Origin: Trichoplax adhaerens
Lineage: Eukaryota; Animalia; Placozoa
Reading direction: 5' to 3'
DNA length: 7,835 bases
Assembly: GCF_000150275.1 (NCBI RefSeq)
Contig: NW_002061040.1
Coordinates: 31,320 to 39,154 of the forward strand
Below are positions 1 to 6,958 of the stretch, piece by piece; positions within the stretch are counted from its first letter, which is position 1, and each line of letters begins with the position of its first letter. Under the pieces are notes generated by a model. That model had not been told where the DNA came from and did no database searches. It saw nothing but the letters and a program-made list of their open reading frames with translations. A program made the translations under genes and the position numbers.

Positions 1-64
1 TCATCGATGACTTTGGGTTTTTGATGCAGACGGATAGGCCGAACTCGAGCACAAGATTCTTCTA
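1..64 (-). CDS. KANSL1: KANSL1/Nsl1-like protein, coding exon with WIN-like motif (runs off the window edge)
   Basis: A long polypyrimidine tract ends in CCTATAG| (AG 66-65), phase 1, compatible with the donor at 800 (A+TA = Ile). It encodes (I)EESCARVRPIRLHQKPKVID, resembling KANSL1 CVAARTRPV followed by a basic patch, in the expected motif order. Confidence 0.8.
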
Positions 65-800
65 CTATAGGAGAAGAATAGGCAATCAAAAGGGAAAAAA
101 AGAATGAACATAAGGAAAGAATTGACAACAACAACAACACAAAAAAAGAAATTTTATAATACGAAATAGTAAAACAAGCGGTGGGGGGGGAAAAAACGAT
201 ATTGAATGGAACAGAGACTATAAACATTCATTTTTTCAATCTTTGCTAAACGAATCCAACATGGCGTCCAATTTCAAGAGTAGTCCAACATGGAATAAAA
301 TGAATTGACCAGTCCCATCTCTACGGTAAACTCTCTCTCTCTCTCTTGCTACACTATTACATCGGTCATAGGAATAACAACCCCAAAATGCAATGGAGTT
401 CAAGTTGATCCTACTGTATCGTGTACGTTAGTCGTTAGTAAGTAGATTGAAAAACTTGAATTGGACATGTCAAGGGAGAGAGAGAAAGAAGGGGACAAAA
501 AAAAAAACCTTTTGTGGATTCCTAGACAAAATGCTATCAAAGCCATAGCCAAGGAGGAACAACATAAAACCATGCCGATCTCTCCATGTAGGTTTGACAT
601 TAAAGACTGGGTAGAATGGGGTATATGTTGGCATTATGACATGAAACACTGGATGGATTAAATTGTGACTAGATTGAGCGTTAACATGAAACATTGGAGA
701 GATTGGCTGCATTTGGACTCCATGGAATGAAATTGTCTGTAGTTGGACTGTATTAACAAGGTCCAAGATGGAATGCATTGAATCTTTTTTTCAAACTTAC
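65..800 (-). other. GT-AG spliceosomal intron, 736 bp, with NAGNAG (TAGTAG) acceptor
   Basis: Begins GTAAGT and ends with a pyrimidine tract plus CTATAG. Phase-1 join is in frame. Extra internal exons cannot be excluded. Confidence 0.72.
331..346. repeat. (CT)8 microsatellite, intronic
   Basis: CTCTCTCTCTCTCTCT read directly from the sequence. Confidence 0.9.
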
Positions 801-970
801 TTGGACAGTGGGCTTCCACTGGATGCCTGTCTTCTAGTTTTTCTAACATTTGTGTATAATGTTGGAGACGTTCTTCTAGTCTTAATTTTTGAAATTCAAT
901 CCATGTCCAACGCGATGCAATCGATCCTCGATGAAAATACCATTGCTTAACATCGGTTGGAAAACTAGTC
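801..970 (-). CDS. KANSL1: KANSL1/Nsl1-like protein, internal coding exon (170 nt)
   Basis: Acceptor TTTCTATCTTGTAG|G (AG 972-971) is phase 2 and matches the upstream donor (CG+G = Arg). It encodes TSFPTDVKQWYFHRGSIASRWTWIEFQKLRLEERLQHYTQMLEKLEDRHPVEAHCP, which matches the KANSL1 motif W...RAAIVSRWNWLQ plus the coiled coil that follows SSSGGES at about the expected spacing. Donor CCAA|GTAAGT at 800, phase 1. Confidence 0.88.
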
Positions 971-3900
971 CTACAAGATAGAAACGATAGCATGAAAAAG
1001 TGCAATATTGACATGGACGAGAGTAGTAAGGTTAGGGTTAGGGTAAAAATGAAATGTTTGTCAAATTAATTGAAGAGGTCTTTTAAGGCAAGAAAGTCAT
1101 GGATCCAGTAGGGTAAAAGAGAGTAGAAGGTTAGGGTTAGGGTAAAAATGAAATGTTTGTCAAATTAATTGAAGAGGTCTTTTAAGGCAAGAAAGTCATG
1201 GATCCAGTTAGAGTAAAAGAGAGTAGAAGGTTAGGAGGAGAAAAATAAAACGTTTGTCAAATCAATTGAAGAGGTCTTTTAAGACAAGAAAGTCATGGAT
1301 CCAGTAGAGTAAAAGAGAGTAGAAGGTTAGGGTAAAAATGAAATGTTTGTCAAATTAATTGAAGAGGTCTTTTGAGACAAGAAAGTCATGGATCCAGTAG
1401 AGTAAAAGAGAGTAGAAGGTTAGGGTAAAAATGAAATGTTTGTCAAATCAATTGAAGAGGTCTTTTAAGGCAAGAAAGTCATGGATCCAGTAGAGTAAAA
1501 GAGAGTAGAAGGTTAGGAGGAGAAAAATAAAACATTTGTCAAATCAATTGAAGAGATCAAGACAAGAAAGTCAACGGTTAACAAGGAGGAAAAATCATCT
1601 TGTGGATGTGTCGAGTAGATAAAAAGGAAAAGCAAGACAATCCTATCCACATGGACGATAGCGTATCGCACTGTCTGTGCCACTATTGGAAATGATTTTT
1701 TCCTCCTGCATCGTTGGGAACTTGAAATGGAGAGACGATATGGAAAAGGGCAAGTAGAAACACTCCAAATAACAACCACTACAACAATAATTAATTGTAT
1801 AACTGGAAATAGGTCTAGTTCATGGTGGCAAAACTCATCCAGTCGGTCCTATGGCAGTAATTGCATTTTCAAAATAGACTCCTACACCACAATATACGAG
1901 ATCCTTGGGTAGACGACCGCAGGTACACAGTTGTCAGAACAAGTAGAAATCCATTTGCATGGGAAAGAGGGAAATGGGATCAGCATCATCACTTTCTCAA
2001 CAAGAAATCGGTTGTCTATGACGATACAAGAGGATGATTTCTTCTTGTAAAGGATTGCCTACAGCGTCGTAAAATAGGAATGGGGGGAGAAAAACAAAAA
2101 AACAAAAATTGCTACAATATGGGAAAAGGGTTAAGAAAGAACATTCCATTTCGACCCTTTCTACACAACTGGCTAGCATATCCTAAGAGATGGAAAACTA
2201 CCCTTCCACATAATTTTGAATAGCAAGCGATGCATGATTTGATTTCTTTTCAATAATAAGGTGGAAGAATCATCATCGGCCTGGCCAAAAATGCCTTGCG
2301 GTTGTTCCTCTTGTAAAGGATACTGTGATGATGGATCATGGCGCAGGGAGAATAATCATCGTCGTTGTCAGAAAGGGAATGGATAATATACTGTGATGAT
2401 GGGTAGACTGCTGTTATCCATGCAAGACAACGACGGCTAGGAGAATATTCAATTTCTTGCCATGTTGTGTTTTGGTTAGCCTACAGGGCTTGGTGATTGT
2501 AGACTACTGTATTGAATCGTTAAGATTGGATGCAAAATGCGATGATGGATCAAATGATTTCATTGCAGTTGGCGTGGAAAATCAATCATTTCTTTGCCAT
2601 CCAAGTCAACGCTAGCTGCTATGGCGTATCCATTGCCATGGCTAGCTTATGACGAAATGAATACATGATGGGCAAAATAAGGAATCATAGAGACAAGAAA
2701 GAGAAAGGGAGAAAATGAAAATGTTTTGTTTTTGGGTCTTCTTTCAATCTTTTGATGCAATGTTGGCATGATTGTCCACTACTACTTTGAGTTATTGAGA
2801 TAGCGAGTCCAAGTTCATGTTTTCCCCTGCAAAACAACTCTGTCTTATAATGCTGTCCAACTATTGGTATGGACACTATTTTCCATCCAATCGATCAACA
2901 TTATGTCTTTTTAGGGAAAGGACTGATGATGATGATTGGAGGCAAGCGCTCCAAGTCCCACTTTCAATATAGGCAAAAATATGGCGATAGGACATAAAAG
3001 GCAATGGATGGCCGTTTCCTTTTCAAGGCATTGGAATGATGATATCCATCATGGATTGATCAAAGTTGGTTTTTTCGACTAGTAGGCAGTTGAAATTGTA
3101 TTGATGGATCGGCCCAGTTGAAAAGTGATTAAGCAAAAAGTAGCGATCGATATACAAGATGGATCGCTAGTTTGTCTTGTCATGATAAAGGCATTCGTGG
3201 ATTTTCCAAGGTATCCCCATGGCATTGCAAGGATCGTTTCAAAGTACTGTCTTGCCTTGGAATGGATAGAAATGGTTTGTCAACATTGCTCTTTGAAGTA
3301 AGCAGTAGTAGCAAGAGTTTGTCGATGGCCTGGTTGAAATAACAACAAGGAAGTTATCCTCCATCGACCCCGATCGATCGTCTCCGTTATGATGATGATG
3401 ATGATGGCACAAGTGGATTTTGCTAGTTTTTGCAAGGTATCAACATGACATTGAATCCATCTTGTTCAAGTAAAGTCTTTCTCTTGTAATGGATGATCAG
3501 TATGGATTTTAAGGGGTTCAACAGTCTAGCAAGAGGAAGAGCAAGTCCATCGGTGATTGGAAGCATGAAGATCAACGCATGATGGCTAGTTAGCCAATAT
3601 GGAACACGATGGACAATCGTTGTTGTTGTTGTGGTCATGATGATCCAAGTGGATTTTGAAATGTCAAGAAAAAAAGGATTGCAATCATCTTTCAAAGTAC
3701 TGAGGAATAGAGGAAATTGATGGCATTCTTTTTTTTGGGGGGGGGGCAAAGTCTGCCCTTGTGGAACTAGGCAGTAGAAATGATTGATTCATGGCCGTTT
3801 GAAAAGAGAAGAAAGAAGAGCATGATGAATGGACGACGGAGAGAGTCTTGCTGTGGACAATGGTTGTGATGGATTTTACAAATCATGTTGTTGCTTTTTC

Positions 3901-4114
3901 AAATAGAACCTATCGACTTGGGAAGGATAAAGACAGTGAACCGTGCCATTGGAGAAAGAAAAGTGGCATGCTCGCCTTTGGCTTGGCCGGTCGCAAAAAG
4001 GGGTAAAAAAAGAAGAAAGAAAAAAAAGAAAAAAAAAAACCCAGATCGCATGGAAAAAGAAAAAGACCCTTTGGCAAGGATCGTCAGAATGGAGGAAAAA
4101 AATAACCGACTTAC
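971..4114 (-). other. GT-AG spliceosomal intron, 3144 bp
   Basis: Begins GTAAGT and ends TTGTAG. Its removal joins two halves of one conserved KANSL1 block in frame. The interior has only short ORFs, homopolymers and repeats. Confidence 0.82.
1019..1573. repeat. Intronic tandem repeat, about 5.8 units of 93-100 bp, containing TTAGGG motifs
   Basis: Units start at GAGAGTAG at 1019, 1119, 1219, 1315, 1408 and 1501. GGATCC occurs at 1101, 1200, 1297, 1390 and 1483. Recurrent stop codons indicate it is non-coding. Confidence 0.96.
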
Positions 4115-4703
4115 CGTTGGGCTACTATAGCTGTATCGGCTGCATCTAATTCATCACAACTTTCACCACCAGAACTACTCTCGGTGACATCAGACCATTG
4201 CTCTTTCTCCATCATCGTCAATTGATCATCCAGTTGGCCAAGCCAATGGTGGACATGATTGTGTTGTAAATTAAGTTGAGCTTGATGCGATGGTGGTTTT
4301 ACATCCAGGTTATTGAATTGTGGAGGCCATGTTGGTATGCGTTGACGCTTAAATTGACCAATAAACTGTTGTAGCGTGATATGATGACGATGGAGGAATT
4401 GATTCCATGTTTCTTTCTCATGATGATGATTCATCATGGCTGTTAAAATAAGACGTGCTTGATAGCCATGTTGTTGCATGACTTGAGCCAATTCATCTTG
4501 GGCATGTTGCATCATTTGAGTGGATTGAATTTGTCGACAACGTTGGACTAATTGCACTCTTCGATCGTCTAATTTCTCTTGACGTTGGCGTAATGCCTGT
4601 TGATGATGTTGAATCCATTGTAAATGGGCATGGGAATCCATCCACTTGGCATCATCCTTGTCGACTACTGCAGCTGCTGCTGCTGCTGCTGCTGCTGTGG
4701 TAG
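4115..4703 (-). CDS. KANSL1: KANSL1/Nsl1-like protein, first visible coding exon (5' end lost in or beyond the gap)
   Basis: The frame of ORF 4111..4641 stays open up to the gap (TTAAAAAAAAAVVDKDDAKWMDSH...). It contains LRQRQEKLDDRRVQLVQRCRQIQSTQMMQHAQDEL, resembling the KANSL1 coiled coil, and the signature SDVTESSSGGESCDE (KANSL1-family SD[AV]T[DE]SSSGGES, recalled from knowledge). It ends at a canonical donor CAACG|GTAAGT (GT at 4114-4113, phase 2). The start codon is uncertain. Confidence 0.88.
4669..4697 (-). repeat. (GCA)n trinucleotide repeat encoding poly-Ala (9 Ala) in the KANSL1 frame
   Basis: Minus strand reads ACA GCAx7 GCT GCA GTA, in frame with the ATG at 4641. Confidence 0.75.
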
Positions 4704-4753
4704 NNNNNNNNNNNNNNNNNNNNNNNNNNNNNNNNNNNNNNNNNNNNNNNNNN
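4704..4753. other. Assembly gap (50 N)
   Basis: Run of N. The round length suggests a placeholder, so the true distance between the two sides is unknown. Confidence 0.99.
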
Positions 4754-4859
4754 GATCAATCCAAGACCTTAATTGCTGACTGAAAATCCAATTTCTTCTC
4801 GACCTTCTTGTCCAGTTTGTGCGCGCCTTCTTCTCCCTCTATCGCCTATCATGCAACAC

Positions 4860-5056
4860 CCGAGTCAGTCAGTCAGTCAACTGGACCAGGCGAACCCAAC
4901 CGGACCCAAACGGGCCCAACAAAACAACGCTACAAAGCACGTGATCTTCAACGGGTGACGTTCAAGACAACCGTACTACCGTGGTTGGAAAAAAATGGCG
5001 GCCGTCATCCATTGATCCGCCAACCGTACGGTACCATACCGTACCGTACCGTACTG
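4860..5056. promoter_or_regulatory. CpG/GC-enriched promoter-like patch, candidate promoter of the KANSL1-like gene
   Basis: Visibly richer in CG than the introns. It has a YY1/Pho-type AAAATGGCGGC (4992-5002), an E-box CACGTG (4938-4943) and a CRE half-site TGACG (4956-4960). It lies upstream of the minus-strand gene but across a gap of unknown true size. Confidence 0.4.
5023..5054. repeat. (CCGTA)n pentamer microsatellite with palindrome ACCGTACGGT
   Basis: ACCGTACGGTACCATACCGTACCGTACCGTAC read directly from the sequence. Confidence 0.8.
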
Positions 5057-5117
5057 GATCATCGGCTTCATCGTACAGCATGGACTGGCAAAGCGCAAAC
5101 TTGCTATCACTGTATTT

Positions 5118-6236
5118 TACACTGTAGTCATTGTACTGTACACTGTAGTCATTGTGACCATCACTCTACAGAGTATGGTACACTGTAGTCACTGTCCACA
5201 GTACTGTATGGAAAAAAGCGCTTGGACAAGTGTACTGTACACTGTAGTCACTGTCCACAGTATGGAAAAAACCGCTTGGACAAGTGTACTATACACTGTA
5301 GCCACTGTCCACAGTACTGTATGGAAAAATGCTCTTGGAAAAGTGTACTGTACACTGTAGTCACTGTCCACAGTATGGAAACAACCGCTTGGACAAGTGT
5401 ACACTGTAGTGATTGTCCACAGTATGGAAAAATGCTCTTGGAAAAGTGTACACTGTAGTCACTGTCCACAGTACTGTATGGAAAAAACCGCTTGGAAAAG
5501 TGTACTGTACACTGTAGTCACTGTCCACAGTATGGAAACAACCGCTTGGACAAGTGTACACTGTAGTGATTGTCCACAGTATGGAAAAATGCTCTTGGAA
5601 AAGTGTACACTGTAGTCACTGTCCACAGTATGGAAAAATGCTCTTGGACAAGTGTACACTGTAGTCACTGTCCACAGTACTGTATGGAAAAAAGCGCTTG
5701 GAAAAGTGTACTGTACACTGTAGTCACTGTCCACAGTATGGAAAAAACCGCTTGGACAAGTGTACACTGTAGTCACTGTCCACAGCATGGAAAAATGCTT
5801 AGTAGTGATTGTACTGTACACTGTAGTAACTGTGACCATCACTCCATCGTACTGTACACTGTACACTGTAGTCACTGTCCACAGTATGGAAAAAACCGCT
5901 TGGACAAGTGTACACTGTAGTCACTGTCCACAGCATGGAAAAATGCTTAGTAGTGATTGTACTGTACACTGTAGTAACTGTGACCATCACTCCATCGTAC
6001 TGTACACTGTACACTGTAGTCACTGTCCACTGTATGGAAAAATGCTTTTTCCGCTTTTCATCCTACAGCATCGAAGCGCAAGCGCAAACTTGCCATCACT
6101 CTATTCCACACTGTAGTGACTGTCAACAGTATGGAAAATGCTTTTGCACAAGTGCCATAACTATTGCAAACTTGCCATCACTCTATTCTACACTGTAGTG
6201 ACTGGCAACACGGTGGAAAAATGCTTTTGCACAAGT
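5118..6236. repeat. Modular minisatellite/satellite: 49-bp core with optional 5-bp inserts (49/54/59 bp), about 20 units including diverged edges
   Basis: TACACTGTAG anchors at 5179, 5238, 5292, 5351, 5400, 5449, 5508, 5557, 5606, 5655, 5714, 5763, 5817, 5862, 5911, 5965 and 6010. Diverged edge units start at 5118, 5139, ~6107 and 6189. Core is approximately TACACTGTAGTCACTGTCCACAGTATGGAAAAA(ACCGC/TGCTC)TTGGA(C/A)AAGTG. Confidence 0.97.
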
Positions 6237-6487
6237 GTTTGGCGCTCGCATGTGGCCCAAATACAGCGTAATGCTCGGCTCCCAAAATCCAGTATCCACT
6301 GCTACAGTGGACAGCAAGTTCCACATAGTAAGTAACATACAGTAAGTACAGTATGTACTGTGCACAGAGTTCATCCTCTACAGTGTACAGTGTACAGTAC
6401 TGCAAGGGACAGGACCCGCATGGTACTGTACTCTCCATTGTTGACATTGTCATTTCATCATCCGGTAAAATCATCGAGGTCAGAAAA

Positions 6488-6747
6488 AGAGTACAACAAA
6501 AGAAAATCCAAACGATGCATCATTCTACTAAACGCTTCCTTTTTTTTTTCTCGATCTCTGCCTAAAACCATCAAGGAATCTTCTACTATACAGTATAGAG
6601 TACAACAAAAGAAAATCCAAACGATGCATCATTCTACTAAACGCTTCCTTTTTTTTTTCTCGATCTCTGCCTAAAACCATCAAGGAATCTTCTACTATAC
6701 TGTATAGAGTACAACAAAAGAAAATCCAAACGATGCATCATTCTACT
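6488..6747. repeat. 109-bp tandem repeat, about 2.4 near-identical copies
   Basis: AGAGTACAACAAAAGAAAATCCAAACGATGCATCATTCTACT starts at 6488, 6597 and 6706. The only difference I saw between the full copies is A6592 versus T6701. Confidence 0.96.
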
Positions 6748-6786
6748 GTACTGTAGTAGTAGTACAGCAATCATGTTGATTGCATT

Positions 6787-6958
6787 CAGGGTTGTACAAT
6801 GGAGTCAAAAGGCAACCCGAACCCGCTCAAACCCGATCCAACGGTTCCTTTTTGCAAACCCAAATGACGACAATCCCCTATACAAACACTGTATTATTAC
6901 GCCAATACTCCAGCCGAATCCCGCAAGTCGGGTTTCGGCTGGACTTTGCACTTTCCTG
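6787..6958. mobile_element. Putative non-autonomous hAT-like MITE, 172 bp
   Basis: Termini are CAGG...CCTG with imperfect TIRs (CAGGGTTGTACAA vs CAGGAAAGTGCAA, 9/13). It is flanked by the 8-mers ATTGCATT (6779-6786) and ATTGCAAT (6959-6966), which match 7/8. Subterminal AACCCG motifs on the left are mirrored by CGGGTT on the right. An 8-bp TSD is characteristic of hAT (and P) elements. Confidence 0.55.

Noticed and set aside
65-227. Hydrophobic signal-peptide-like ORF (MFIVSVPF...VLLLLSILSLCSFFFSLLIAY) in frame with the 1-64 exon
   Set aside because: It is the translation of the T-rich polypyrimidine tract and (TTG)n. Splicing from the donor at 800 explains the exon better.
971-1014. ATG at 1014 as the start of a standalone 118-aa gene (658..1014)
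   Set aside because: Only 801-970 is KANSL1-like and bounded by splice sites. The flanks are intron read-through.
1030-1143. True telomere or large interstitial telomeric block
   Set aside because: At most two TTAGGG copies occur per unit, embedded in a longer repeat.
3682-3719. Hammerhead-ribozyme-like core (CTGAGGA...GAAA); similar CTGANGA words at 2923, 4081 (minus) and 7321
   Set aside because: Stems I and II cannot form, or GAAA is not positioned after a stem II.
1513-3749. Nested protein-coding gene or transposase in the large intron
   Set aside because: Only short ORFs built from homopolymers and microsatellites are present. I found no recognisable motifs and no consistent exon chain.
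3885-4149. Lys-rich plus-strand ORFs
   Set aside because: They arise from A-rich runs antisense to the T-rich 5' part of the intron, and no domain is recognisable.
5118-6236. CRISPR-like array
   Set aside because: There are no unique spacers: the variable parts are two or three recurring variants. No cas genes are present and the context is eukaryotic with introns.
5154-6374. Cys/His-rich ORFs (HCSHCPQY repeats) resembling metal-binding proteins
   Set aside because: The dominant unit lengths of 49 and 59 are not multiples of 3, so the frame shifts between units, and the same peptides appear in several frames on both strands. These are satellite translation artefacts.
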